Assembly (NCBI GenBank): GCA_964016885.1
Contig: OZ024742.1
Coordinates: forward strand, 115,692,001-115,756,000
DNA: 64,000 nt
DNA from: Eledone cirrhosa
Taxonomy: Eukaryota
Direction: 5' to 3'
A program made the translations under genes and the position numbers. The notes under the pieces were generated by a model. It was not told the origin of the DNA. It searched no databases and was given only the letters and a program-made list of their open reading frames with translations. Shown here in pieces: positions 1 to 13,100 of this stretch. Position 1 is the first letter of the stretch. Every line of letters starts with the position of its first letter.

Positions 1-1003
1 CTGGCCGATTCTGTTATCGTATCGCCAGATTTTTGCACTTTTTGCTACAATGCGTTGCTTCAGTTCCTCTATGATAATATTTAGCTTTTTCCTCCTAGTT
101 TTGTACTTTATTTCCAGTCTATATTTAGTGTCTATGTTTTTTAGTGTCCCATTCATTAGGGACTCAAGCTTTCCGATGTCATTTCTCATTTCCCTGATTT
201 GACCACTCAGTCGTTTCTTCCACGAAGACTCTGCTCTTTCTTGTCTGTTGTTTCCTCTCGCTTTTATAACAAGAAGTTTCCTCACCGTATTTGCTGTTGC
301 TTTGAGGATATTGTTGCAATGGTGAAGGCTCCTCGCCTCAAGGTATGGGATGACTTTGTTTACCTTAGCTGTTGTTTCTTTTAACTGTTTTATGTCTACA
401 AATCTTAGGTTCATAGGTATCCCACTATCATTGTTCAATTCATCTACCACTAAGTTTACGATATCTACCAAATCTTGTCCTAGCCCGTCAGCATTCATCT
501 CCTCAGTGGCCGTATCTCTGTTCCAGGTATTATTTATCTCAGCATTCAGATCATTGTCTGTTTCGGGTGCTTCCTCCGTTCTCTCGACCTCTTCACCTTC
601 ATTTCCCACTGGCTCGTTTGCCTGGCATACTCCACCCTCCATCTCCACCCTCCATCTCCAAGCTAATCTCTCTGCCCAGTTCCTCCAGTTCCAGCTCGCT
701 TATCCACCCATTAGTTCTTATTACTCGAGCCTGCCCGGCCAGACTGTGTGCTTCTAATTTAAATGGACCAATCTCGTTCCAGATGTTATGAATCCTTTTC
801 CTATAGCCTATCTCCTTTGGGTTACTCTTCAGGTAACATTGCATAACAGTTCTATTCAATTATTTCGTCCAGTTGGTTCTGGTCCCTTTCCTTCTTCTTC
901 TTCCTCCAACACCAGCAGTATTTGGTTGACAGCCAGGTCCCTGCTGCTGAGCCAGGGAGCACCTGTTGGGTGAGAGTCTGTCACATGACATTCTAGTCTC
1001 CAT
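1..1003 (-). pseudogene. N-terminal part of an R4/Dong-type (RLE) non-LTR retrotransposon ORF, family B; runs off the window start
   Basis: 1-225 is clearly homologous to 16700-16925 of the family-B copy. ATG at 1003 reads METRMSCDRLSP...RTNWTK*LNRTVMQCYLKSNPKEIGYRKRIHNIW...QARVIRTNGWISELELEE, the typical R4/Dong N-terminal block. In-frame stop at 860-862. Confidence 0.85.
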
Positions 1004-1316
1004 TTCACCGTTACTCGAACTGTTTAGGTTCGACATTTAAACACTCTTATCGAGGATTGGCGAATGTATGGTTACATAACCACCGGTGAATTACTTGTCT
1101 CCGGTGGTTTCGTCACTCCACGTGACTTGTGTGTGGCATTATCACGCTGTAGACGAACCCAAACAAACAAACAAACAGGCAGAAAACCCCCCCAAAATGA
1201 ATAAGCATAAGTTTCATTGTAATGTAGTGTTTGAACTAGTTTTTCCCTGCCCTTCTCTGTCCGTCCGTTTGTTTTTCTCTTTATTTCCTTTACGTTTTTC
1301 GTTGCTGCTGTGCTGC

Positions 1317-2485
1317 TTTGATTTTGATTTTTGGGTTTTTTTTTGATTTTGACCGGGTCATCAATTCAGCCTATTTATATATTTTGATGTTTTCCTCTTT
1401 TAGTGGGAATTCTACAATGTAGCAGCGGATAGCGGGAGAGAATAGCGGCGGTAGTGATACTGAGGCAGCGGCGTCGGGGGTGGTGGCGGTGCTGTGCTAG
1501 CAGCAACTAGCAGGAGGTAGTGGTAGGGAATAGCGGCGGTAGCGATAGTGAGCAAGCGGTGGTGGTGATGTGGTCGTATTACTTTTGTAAAACTAAAACT
1601 TGATTTCGATTATTGTTCTTTTTTGTTTTCATTTTTTTTTTTATTTTGATCGGTTCATCATTTCAGTCTATTTATATATTTCGGTGTTTTGCCTCTTTTA
1701 GTGAGAAATCTACAATGTTGCAGGGGGTAGCAGGAGAGAAAAGCGGTGGTAGTGATATTGAGGCAGCAGCGGCGGTGACGGTGCTGTGCTAGCAGCAACT
1801 AGCCGGAGGTAGTGGGAGAGAATAGCGGCGGTAGCGATAGTGAGGCAGCGGTGGTGCTGATGTGGTCGTATTACTGTAGTGATGGTGTTGAAGTTGGAGT
1901 AGAAATTTGAGTCAACTTGACCAGAGTTTTCATCGTGGTAGTGGTGGTGGTATTGGTGGTGAAATTATCTTTAGTGAAATTATCTTTAGTCGCGTATATG
2001 CGTTAACATTTACCCATAATATTGGAATTAAACATTTTGTTAAAACTAAAACTTGATTTTGATTATTGTTTTTTTTTTAATATTTATTTTGATCGGGTCA
2101 TCAATTCAGTCTATTTATATATTTCGATGTTTTCTTCTTTTAGTGAGAATTCTACAATGTAGCAGGGGGTAGCGGGAGAGAATAGCGGTGGTAGTGATAT
2201 TGAGGCAGCGGCGGCGATGGCGGGGCTGTACTAGCAGCAACTAGCAGGAGGTAGTGGGAGAAAATAGCGGCGGTAGCGATAGTGAGGCAGCGGTGGTGGT
2301 GATGTGGTCGTATTACTGTAGTGATGGTGTTGAAGTTGGAGTAGAAATTTGAGTCGACTTGACCAGAGTTTTCATCGTGGTAGTGGTGGTGGTATTGGTG
2401 GTGAAATTATCTTTAGTGAAATTATCGTTAGTCGCGTGTATGTGTTGACATTTATTGGAATTAAACATTTTGTTAAAACTAAAAC
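1317..2485. repeat. Imperfect tandem repeat: two ~450-bp units (1583-2036, 2037-2485) plus a ~265-bp partial unit
   Basis: Recurring blocks gggtcatcaattcag...ctacaatgtagcag...gctagcagcaactag...gatgtggtcgtattact near 1355, 1651 and 2095. Confidence 0.9.
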
Positions 2486-2910
2486 GAGGCAATAGTAATA
2501 GTAATTATTATTATTATGCTGAGATTGGTGGTGGTGGTGGTGGTGGTGAAATTGCCGTTATCGGGCTGTTGTGTTTAGTGTACACAGAGGGGTGATGGGG
2601 TAGGTGGTGTATCTAGTTTCTGATGTTTGTGAAATTGCTGTTATTTGGCTGCTCTATATAGTGTAGAGAGGGGGTTTCCTTCCTTTTATAACCATTTTCT
2701 TTTTGAATATAAAAGGTATAATACAAAATTGAATATTTGAGCGATATAACAATATATTGTGAATCCGAAATTTTTGGGACTCAAGCTGGATGTTTTATGC
2801 AACATTTGTACTAAGAATTGTTATTTCACAATTGATTTAAATATGTTAAAAAATTAAAACTTACGGGAGCGATTTCTCGACCTTCTATCCACCATGTGTG
2901 TCTTTTTCCC

Positions 2911-2940
2911 TTATTATTATTATCATTATTATTATTATTA
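2911..2940. repeat. (TTA)n microsatellite, left edge of the retrotransposon stack
   Basis: Direct reading. Confidence 0.95.
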
Positions 2941-5900
2941 CAGTTGCATTTATCTTGCTTTATGTTCATACGAGTTATCACCAAGTCACAACAAGTGACC
3001 TCAAGAGACAACAAGGTCCGCCATGTTCAAGAAAGAACATACATACTCACACATGCATCTTTAGTGTTTAGACTTGTGATGTACTTATATTGACAGAATC
3101 TTCCTTAGTATATGGGCAGTTACCATTAGTACTATCTTTTGTATTTTTCCTATACGCGGGTTTCCTGGGATTTGCGATAAGTAATCATTAGACCCCTTAG
3201 GTATCATTCCCAGAGCGCCTACAACCACTGGTATTGCTTTAGTTCTCAATTTCCACATTTTTCCAATTTCTATCTCCAGGTCCTTATACTTGCTCAATTT
3301 TTCAAATGTTTTTATAGATACATTCTGTCTATTGGAACAGACATATCAATTAGCAGGCATACCCTCTTTTTAAAGTCCTTCAATATTATATCAGGTCTAT
3401 TTGCATCTATTTTTCGGTCTGTTTGGATGCTAAAGTTCCACAAGATTGAGATGTGATCTTTTTCAAGTATGGGAGGTGGTTGATGCTCCCAGCAATTCTT
3501 TTGATGGGGCAGGTCAAAATGCTTACACATTATCCAATGTATGTATTGTGCAGCTCTGTCATGCCTGTTTAGGTATTCGGTTGGAGCTATAGGACTGCAC
3601 ATTGAAATTATATGGTCAATGGTCTCTGGTTGTTTTTTGCATACACGGCATAATGGGCTGCACCCATTTTTTATTATGTTGGCTTGGTAATTTTTTGTTG
3701 GCAGACACTGATCTTATGCGGATATAATCAGTCCTTCAGTCTCCGATTTCAGTCCAGAGGATGCCAACCACTGATGGGTTAAAGTTTTGTCAACATCAGG
3801 ATTGTTAGCTCGCTCTGGGTATTTTCCATACAGAGGCTTTTCTTGCCATTTCTTAGCCAGTTTCTGTAGCAGTTCTTTCTTTGCAGTTACTTTTACCTGT
3901 TTTGCTTTTTCTGTGTTTTCCATTTCAGCAGTAAATGGGACTTCTGAAATTTGTAGTCCATTACTGTATCTTTGTGCATCTTTTGTAATGGAATATGATC
4001 TTTTCGTGCTTTCGTGTTTCAAAACTGGTTTGATCATCCAATCATGTGATTCCCTTAGATATGTGGATAATCCAATTGTTGCAGTTTTCAACGCAATGTC
4101 TAACTGGATTAACCCACGTCCTCCTTCTTTCCTAGGAAGATATATTCTATCTATGTCTGCCTTAGGGTGATGCATTCTGTACATGGTTAAGAATTTTCGG
4201 ATTTTTGTATCGAGCCTACGGATCTCTGTGCTTGACCAGTTGATGACATTGTAACTGTAGGTTACTACTGGTATGGCAAGCGTGTTTATGGCATCGATCC
4301 TATTCCTTGCATTCAATTCCGTTCTTAAGATTGCTCTGACTCTGCGGTAACATTCCTTCCTTATCCTTTCCCTCATTGTCGAGTGCTTGATTCCGTCTCC
4401 TTCACAAACACCTAGATATTTGTAAGTTTGTTCTTGATCAAGCTCTCTTATCACGTTCCCCCGATCAAGATTAATGTCTGAACTCTTCAGCAACTTTCCT
4501 CTGGTGAACGTTGCTTTGGCGCATTTATCCAGTCCAAACACCATTTTAATGTCATCACTGAACTGCTTCACAGTGGATAATAGCCCTTGCAATTGTTCAT
4601 CATTTTTTGCAAATAGTTTCAGGTCATCCATGTAGAACAGGTGATTAATGGTTTTGTCATAGACTCTATATCCATGTTTTGTTTCATTGAGCATTTTACT
4701 TAATGGTATAAGTGCGATGCAGAATAAAAGTGGTGATAAAGAGTCACCCGGAAAAATTCCACAATTAATGTTAACTTCTCCAGCTTCCAGTGATTTTGTT
4801 TCCCTATTCAAAAGGAGTGTCGTTCTCCATGTCCTCATACTGAATGACAAAAACCTCCTGATAACGGGGGATATTTTGAAAATCTCTAAACATATTTCAA
4901 TCCAACTGTGTGGCAAACTATCAAATGCTTTTTTATAATCTATCCAAGCAATCGATAGATTTTTGTGTCTATTATGACAATCTTCCAGTATCATTTTGTT
5001 AACCAGAAGCTGATCCTTACAGCCATACGAGCCTCGTTTACACCCTTTCTGCTCAATGGGAAATAGGTCATTTGTTATCAGGTGGTCATATGTGTATTCA
5101 GTTAGGACTGATGTTCAAATTTTATACATTGTGGTCAAGCAGGTTATCGGTCTGTAATTTTTGGGATTGTTTGTCTCATCATTCTTCGGTAGCAGGAATG
5201 TAATGCCGTTAACTAGCCATGATGGTATCTTTTCTGGCTCCTTAACTATTTCATTGTAAAATTGGGCTAACAGCTCATGAGACTCTGTGAAGGCATTTAT
5301 CCAAAAGTTTTGTATTTTGTCTTTTCCTGGGGATTTCCATTTGCTGGTTTTTCTTAGAGCCAAGCGCAGCTGTTCAACTGTTATATTTTCCCATGTTTGT
5401 TCTTCAAGGTGAGCTGTTTCTTTCATTTGTCTGTCTATCCATGGGGCATGTATGTTATGAACTTTTTCTTCGGCCCAGATCTTTTCCCAGAATTCTTGCA
5501 CTTCCTCCTTGGGTGGTATTGATTTAGCAGTTATTGTTGACTTACCAATTTTTCTGTAGAAGTTTCTTTGGTTGTTTTTGAGCATATTATTGTCCTTATA
5601 GAATCTAGAGCGTTTTTCAAAGCGCCTTATACGAGCAGCTTTGGCCGACACTTTTTGCTTGATTGTTTCTATCAGCATGTCTATGTCACATGTTGATCTT
5701 ATACTGTACTTTTTTTTCAATTTTCTAAGTTTAGTTTGTTTAACATGTTCACCTACTTTATAGTTTGTTAAAATTTCTATGTCAGATCGGAGAAGGTTTA
5801 TTTGGCGATTGATGTTATCTTGCCAAGTAGATTTCTTGTGGGAATTCCTTTGTTTTTTCATCTTCACTCCACATAAGTGAGTGGTGACTTTAGCCGATGC

Positions 5901-6347
5901 ATAATAGAGATGATTTAAGTCAGTAATGTTTAGTTTGTTTGTGATGATAATGTTTATGAGAATTATGTTAGTCTTGTGTATTATCTTTTGGTTCTGTTTG
6001 GAGTTCTGGATCTTAGGGAGGGTGTCTCGTTCCCCCATGTCAGATTCTTTCATTTTCATCCATTCGATCATAATTTCATCCTTCAAGTTGGCAAGTTCAT
6101 TCTCATTCATTTCTTTATCATTTACGATCTCATTATTTTCATTTGGAGTTTCATCCTGAGCATGCACTCCCTCCACTTTTTCGCTCCTTTCTTTAATTTG
6201 TTCTGTTGCCAGTGATTCCGCCCCAACCCTGGGATACGAAGTGTTACAGATTACCACGTTTTCACTGACACATGCTTCATTTTCCCTTCGCTGACTTTGT
6301 GCTACTAGCTTGATCTGATCAATTTCTATATCAGTTAGTAACTTTTT
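2941..6347 (-). mobile_element. R4/Dong-type RLE non-LTR retrotransposon, family A copy 1, 5'-truncated
   Basis: The 3' UTR abuts (TAA)n in element sense. ORF pieces 5115-6257, 3714-4994, 3312-3602 and 3085-3297 give RT motifs (KSPGKD, NYRPITCL, WIDYKKAFDS, GDSLSPLLF, LFYMDDLKLF), then CCHC/RHD and PD-(D/E)xK (RPDIIL...LIDMSVP...EKLSKY). Confidence 0.93.
3085..6347 (-). pseudogene. Disrupted RT-RLE polyprotein of family A copy 1
   Basis: Stops at 5115 and 3714, and a frameshift near 3325 relative to the intact C-terminus at 7237-7920. Confidence 0.88.
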
Positions 6348-7028
6348 CTACCGAGGAGCTTTGCCAGTTCGGGATAAACTCTACAGGCATGGAGGTGCCG
6401 TCAGCCGGGCATGTCCGAGATGCGCGCAGGGCGACGAAACCGTCCTGCACGCACTCGTCCAGTGTCCGAAAATTGCTGACTTGTGGGTTTATGTCGAACA
6501 CCTGCTGTGGCGTTTAGGACGGATCCGGCTATCATCTGAGTCCATCTGTCTGGTGGCCATGGCGAAAGAGATAGTATGGTGGACACGTTTGAAAGGGCTG
6601 AAGACGAGCACTTACCTCTTCGGTGATGCTCTGATTGACTTTTTCAAATTTCATTTGAAAAGGAAAATTAGAGTAGAGAGGGAAGTGCTCTCTTCCCAGC
6701 ATTTTGTTGAAAGTGAGAGAAGCGAGAATGGCCCGAGTGAATGGGCCTACTCTGAGTATATATCTGTAAATTAAAGGTGGAAAACTGGGAGAGGGCACTT
6801 GCCTTGGTGGTCAGGGTCATTGTGGCTTTTTACTGGACTTTCTCCACAAATGTCCCTCCGAAGTCTCCCCCCTATTGGGGAATTTTTCATTGTCATTTTC
6901 ATTGTTATTTTTGTTACATCCTCTGTTTTTGTTTTTTACACGCAGAAATGCCCATTTGTACCGTCCTGCATTGTCCTGCACTGTCCTTAATGTCTAATTT
7001 ACGTAAACCCTTGTGGTTAATAAAGAAA

Positions 7029-7030
<2 letters not shown>
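6348..7030 (+). mobile_element. 3' fragment of the Tx1-like element (C-terminal zinc finger and 3' UTR)
   Basis: Near-copy of 13088-13822 (ctaccgaggagctttgccagttcgg...aataaagaaatc). CPRC...ETVLHALVQC motif. In-frame 54-bp deletion at an ATC microhomology. Ends at (ATT)n. Confidence 0.93.

Positions 7031-7096
<66 letters not shown>
7031..7096. repeat. (ATT)n microsatellite spacer
   Basis: Direct reading. Confidence 0.95.
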
Positions 7097-7986
7097 TGCA
7101 TTTATCTTGCTTTATGTTTATACGAGTTATCACCAAGTCACAACCAGTGACCTCAAGAGACAACAAGGTCCGCCATGTCCAAGAAAGAACATACATATTC
7201 ACACATGCATCCTTAGTGTTTAGACTTGTGATGTACTTATATTGACAGGATCTTCCTTAGTATATGGGCAGTTTCCATTAGTACTATCTTTTGTATTTCT
7301 CCTATACGCGGGTTTCCTGGGATTTGCGATAAGTAGTCGTTAGACCCCTTAGGTATCATTCCCAGAGCGCCTACAACCACTGGTATTGTTTTAGTTCTCA
7401 ATTTCCACATTTTTCCAATTTCTATCTCCAGGTCCTTATAATTGCTCAATTTTTCAAATGTTTTTATATATACATTCTTGTCTATTGGAACAGACATATC
7501 AATTAGCAGGCATACCCTCCTTTGAAAGTCCTTCAATATTATATCAGGTCTATTTGCATCTATTTTTCGGTCTGTTTGGATGCTAAAGTTCCACAAGATT
7601 GAGATGTGATCTTTTTCAAGTATGGGAGGTGGTTGATGCTCCCACCAATTCTTTTGATGGGGAAGGTCAAAATGCTTACACATTATCCAATGTATGTATT
7701 GTGCAGCTCTGTCATGCCTGTTTAGGTATTCGGTTGGAGCTATAGGACTGCACATTGAAATTATATGGTCAATGGTCTCTGGTTGTTTTTTGCATACACG
7801 GCATAATGGGCTGCACCCATTTTTTATTATGTTGGCTTGGTAATTTTTTGTTGGCAGACACTGATCTTGTGCGGATATAATCAGTCCTTCAGTCTCCGAT
7901 TTCAGTCCAGAGGATGCCAACCACTGATGGGTTAAAGTTTTGTCAACATCAGGATTGTTAGCTCGCTCTGGGTATTTTCCATACAG

Positions 7987-7987
<1 letters not shown>
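7096..7987 (-). mobile_element. R4/Dong-type family A copy 2, 5'-truncated (~890 bp)
   Basis: Highly similar to 2944-3835. Flanked by (TTA)n on both sides. Confidence 0.93.
7237..7920 (-). CDS. C-terminal CCHC zinc finger and restriction-like endonuclease of family A (truncated ORF)
   Basis: CRVCKKQPETIDHIISMC, RHD, RPDIILKD, LIDMSVP, EKLSNY, VIP-like TIPVVVGALG. Confidence 0.8.
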   Translation of the reverse strand: MASSGLKSETEGLIISAQDQCLPTKNYQANIIKNGCSPLCRVCKKQPETIDHIISMCSPIAPTEYLNRHDRAAQYIHWIMCKHFDLPHQKNWWEHQPPPILEKDHISILWNFSIQTDRKIDANRPDIILKDFQRRVCLLIDMSVPIDKNVYIKTFEKLSNYKDLEIEIGKMWKLRTKTIPVVVGALGMIPKGSNDYLSQIPGNPRIGEIQKIVLMETAHILRKILSI

Positions 7988-8028
<41 letters not shown>

Positions 8029-8253
8029 ATTATTATTGGCGTCCTACGTAGTAAATCGTATCACCGTGAGCTCTGCAAAGGGTTGTTATTTTCAGTTATT
8101 TAAAATTGCCATTTATGGAAAATTTTTATTGTTAACTATATATAAGTGCACATACATTGATTTCTGAAAAGGACACTACAAATATTGGGGCCTTGATCCG
8201 AAAATTTAAACTTTTTACAATTTTCAAACAAAAAATTTTTTCTTTGAAAAATA

Positions 8254-10120
8254 ATGAATGACTCAGATTCACTCCTTCCTCACAGTCCAACACCTCACAC
8301 CGACACCATCATTGTAAACATTTCTACGTTTGCCAACATTGGAATTGTAAGCAGTAGCAATATTTTAAATTTGTCTCAGGCAGACGTTCATTTCCCGCCA
8401 TTACCAATGACTGCAGGTGTTAAAGCCGCCACCCCCACCGCCGCGACAACTACCAGCCCCAGCACCACCACAGCGACAACAGAAACAAAAGAAAAAAATA
8501 AATTAACTCATGATATCGAAATGAATTCAACCAAAATGAACTATTCCACACCGAACACCACTGACGCCACCACAACTGAAACTAAAATTAACAATAACAA
8601 AAATAACGATAATAATAACAGCAACAATGAAATTGAGAAAACTACCCTGAGTTTTGCCAGAGTAGCAAAAACGTGCGAAGCGATCCAGTTAACTCAAGAA
8701 GAATTAGACGAAGCCAAATGAATGGTAAAGAAAGATGGGTACAGGGTCAGTCTCACCTCCCCCCATCCCCCCAACCTAATAAAATGGAGCAACGTGGCCT
8801 ATGCACCGTGTCTTATCGGACAATAAACATAAATTCGCGCCGAGTGGTACGGGCATCTGAGTCCCAAATCCAAAAACTTTGGGACATGTGTGGGCAAAAA
8901 AAACCCACATCAGACGTGGGCAACCGCGGATGTGTTCTTTCAAACACAACAGGAGGCCAGAGAATACTTCATGGCTCCATTAAGAAGTGACGACTTCACA
9001 CTCATCCCAAGCTATTGTGGCCAGAGACTTGTGAAGATCAGGGTGACCCACGTTCCACCGGCCATCGAAATACCCTGGCTAATAGCTGCCGTCCTCGCCG
9101 GCATCGAGGCCACGACCAAAATAATAGAAATAGGAAAAGAAAAGCAGGAGAACTGGTCCGGATCTGGGATGGAGCTCCTGATCCAAGCGGACCATAAAGC
9201 ATTGAGGAGATCCCAGAGGTAATAGAACTCACTGACGGCAGCCACCTCACTGTAATAGTCGAGGGTAGAAAACCTAGGTGTGTCGTTTGTGGTGAAGGAA
9301 CCCACCTAAGGGCTTTCTGCCCTCAGGCTAAAAGGTTGAGGCCACCTCTCTTACCCACCCAGTGACTCAACCATCAACACCACCAGCAGCAGAAATAGCA
9401 GCAACAACTGTAGCAGCAACAACAGAAGCAACTGTAACAGCAACAACCCCAGCAACAGTAGCAAAACCAACACCACCACCATCCAATGCCCGCCCCAGAA
9501 CTAGCACCAGCGTCTACACCATCCACCACGCCAGAACCAAAACCAACGCCTGTGGAGGATTTTCCACTCCCCGTCTTATCGCAACTGGTGGGAAACGGTA
9601 TCAGGAAAAAAGAAAAAAAAAAGAAACCAAAAAAGAAAAAATTCTCTTCCTTCTCCTCAAAAAACAAATTACAGAGGGAAACAAATAAATTATCGAACGA
9701 GAAAGTTACGATAGATATGCCACCATCCACACCAGCCTCACCAACCCCATCACCACAACATTCACCAAAAAGCGTAACAGAAACAAACCCACAACAAACG
9801 CAAACAAAACAAAACACCCAAAACGATACACACTACACAGCATTAAATTTGAATAACAACCAATTATTACACTACATCCAACACAACACCAGCATCACAG
9901 AAAATGACTACACAACAACCCAAAAGTTCACACCACCTCCACACATACAAATCACTCGCATCACACAGAAAACGTAGACGACACTAAAACAAAAGTTCCC
10001 CAAAGACATCGGAGACTTCCGACAAACACTCTCCAGGAGGATTTATAAGGACACCCTTCCGGAGGACGCCACAAGCAGTGAAAAGGATGGACAAACCATC
10101 CTTCCTCTACGAGAAGTAAG
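8254..10120 (+). pseudogene. ORF1 (gag-like) of the Tx1-like element, frameshifted
   Basis: Pieces 8254-8721, 8890-9222 and 9486-9977. CCHC knuckle PRCVVCGEGTHLRAFCP at ~9273-9323. Thr/Pro/Lys-rich flanks. End coordinate approximate. Confidence 0.75.
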
Positions 10121-10158
10121 GTAAGTGGTCTTTCCCATCTTTTCCACTCCATTTCAAC

Positions 10159-13100
10159 ATGATCTCACTCAGAATAGGCAGCATAAATGCGCGAGGCTTG
10201 GGGTCGTCATGGAAGCAGGGCCACATGCTCAATGACTTCAGGTCACTAAACATAGATGTAGTGGCCATCAGCGAGACCAGAATCTCCGAGGCACGGGCTT
10301 CGCACCGATCTTCGGCGGCTACGATGTGTACGCATTTCCCAACCGTCCGGGATCGGTGGGGAGTTGTGCTTTTTCGGAGAGGTTTGGATCTCGCCATACG
10401 GGTCATCTTCCTGGACCCAGAAGGTAAGTTGGTGGTGCTCGACATGACCAGCGGAGACGAGCAAGCTTTCAGGCTAGTGGCCGTCTATGCCCCGACAGGA
10501 GCAGGGCGGCCTGATTTCTTCCGGCATCTGGAGACCTTTCTTGGAACGTCCCGCTCTTTAGTGTTAGTGGGCGACAGGAACGGGATCTTAGATGCACGCT
10601 GGGGCTGTGTGGGATTAGCGGATAGGGGAGGAGGGTGCAAGAGCCTCGCCAACCTGCTCAGGCCTTTTGAACTGTCTGACAGGTACCGATTGGATTTCCC
10701 GAATGTGCCAATGTGGACTTGGACAAATCGATTAAGGTCATCCAGATCATATCTAGATAGAGTATTTTGTAGAGAAATAGATAGGTCTAGCATAGGCTGT
10801 CCACAATTCAAGATAGTCAGCTACACGGACCACAAATTCGTGATCTGTGTATTTGAATTAGATAGGCTTCATAGACGAGGAGCCGGCTACTGGAAGCTAA
10901 ACGCGTCCTTACCAGCGGGCAAGGCCTACAGATACCGGATTAGCGAACTAGTTAAGCGGGCGTTGACGAGGGCCACCGTCAACAACAAGTGGTGGTTTGT
11001 TCTGAAAATAGCAAGTAGAATAGAGTCCATTAGGTTTAGTAAGGCTTTAGCAATAGAGAAAAATAGAGCAGAGGGAGAATTAGTTAGAAAATTAGACGAG
11101 GCGCTTAGCAAAGACATCGCGACCGACGTACTTGCGGTGAAATTGGCCCTTGACCAATTCTTCAATGCAATGCACGAAGGCTGCGTTGTCAAAGCTAGCG
11201 TGCGTGCTCTCAGACACGAGGGGACGAAAGGCGTTCAATGGGCTCGAGTGGCGGAGACGCATCGTGGCAACAAAGCCACGATCCGGTCTTTGGTGGACCA
11301 CGACAGGGGCATGCTACTCGATCCCGGGCAAATGTTTGAAGCTTTTCAGCGACACTTCGCTCAAATCTTCGGGGGCAGCGGCGGGCCGGATCGAGGGATG
11401 GATTTACTGTCTACCTCGACGGACTGCCGCGGCTCTCGGCCTCTGAGGCGGAGTGTTGCGAAAAGCCGATAACAGCCGCTGAAGTACGGGAGGCAATGGC
11501 TAGCTGCACAAGGGGTAAATGGCCTGGTTTGGATGGTCTCCCAAATGAACTTCACGTACAGATGCCAGACTTGTTCGGAGGCCATTAGGCGGGCGTCTTC
11601 TGCAACTGGCAACAGAACGGGAGAATTCCCAGCTCTGTGAGCCGAGGAGCTGTGGCGCTGCTGAGAAAGGATCCGAACAAGGGGGATGACATAGATAAGT
11701 TTAGCCCCATAACTCAGTTAAACACAGAGTTCAAGATTTTGGCCAAGGTGCTAGGAAAGAGGTTGGCGCTTGTCGTTGGTGGTCTGGTGGGAGAGGCGCA
11801 GACATGCGCCATTCCCGACAGATCCATCCACGACAACCTCCACCTCATGCGATACATCGTAGAGAGGGTAGCTAGGGAACCTGGCACGGGTGGGTCCTTG
11901 ATCAATTTAGATCAGTCGAAAGCTTTCGAAAGGGTCGACCATCGTTACCTAGCGGCAGTCCTGAGGGCGGCTGGCTTTGGGCCCGTCTCCAGAGGCTGTA
12001 TCGCTGCCATGCACAGCGACATCTACTCATGGGTGAGAGTGAACGGTCGCCTTTCGGAACCGTTCAACATCATGCGCTCTGTCCGCCAAGAATGTCCCCT
12101 CTCGTCTCTCTTGTACGTATTGACTCTCGAGCGATTACTGCACAAACTGGAGACGTGAGGGGGGTCCCGCGCGAATTAGGCTGCGGAAGATCCGTGTCAG
12201 CATATGCGGACGATGTCACAGTAGTGGTGTCGAACGCCAAACACATAGAGGCGATTGGCACTACACTAAGAGAATACGAAGCGGTGACAGGAGCAATGAT
12301 CAACCAGGAAAAGTCCGTGTGCCTGCAGCTCGGCACCTGGAGAGGCATGTCTATGCCGTCCAACAGCGTCGTCGGGCACTGGACGGACGAACCAGTTAAA
12401 TTGCTCGAGGTCTGGTTCGGTCCGGATCTCCAGACGGACAAAACTGGGACGAGGTGACGAGCAGGGTGGCTTCTCTCACCCAGAAATGGGCGGAGAGGAA
12501 GCTATCCCTGAAAGGTCGAGCGGAGGTGGCTAACGCGTATATGGCGTCCGTCATCTACTACCGCCTGACCGTCGTACCTTGTCCTAAGCCCCGCCTGACT
12601 GCGCTGGAGCGTTTGCTCTATCGCTTTTTGTGGAAGGGACGCGCTCCGATGGTCAGGCGGTCCATCTGCTGTCAATACCCGCTACGTGGACGGCTGGGAA
12701 TGCCGTGGCTGATGATGCGCAGACACGCGCTCAGGCTACGACATCTCAACCTCTTCCTCGACGGTGATCAGCTGTGGTCTCCGTTTGCTAGACACGTCTT
12801 TCCCCATCTCGTTTCGTGACGGAGCTGCAGTCCTAGGTCAAGCGAAGTCCGAGAGGGAGCGCTTGGAGACTGGAATGTCTTCAGGTGCTCACAGCCCTCG
12901 ACCAATCGGGCATTGTAATCGGTGGAAACTCCACCTTGGCGTTCTATAGAGGATTGGTGGAGGGGAAGAGCGACGACGTACTTGGGGCAACTCTAGGCGT
13001 CGACAAAAATCAACTAGCCAATCTCTTCAGAAAAACCTTCGGGCCGGGGCCTATGGACAACTTCCAGAAATCCCTGGCCTGGTAGTGCTACCGAGGAGCT

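Noticed and set aside
1078-1135. Canonical hammerhead ribozyme in the family B leader
   Set aside because: Stem-GAAA-stem-UH is present but there is no CUGANGA in either topology. Kept only as a structured leader.
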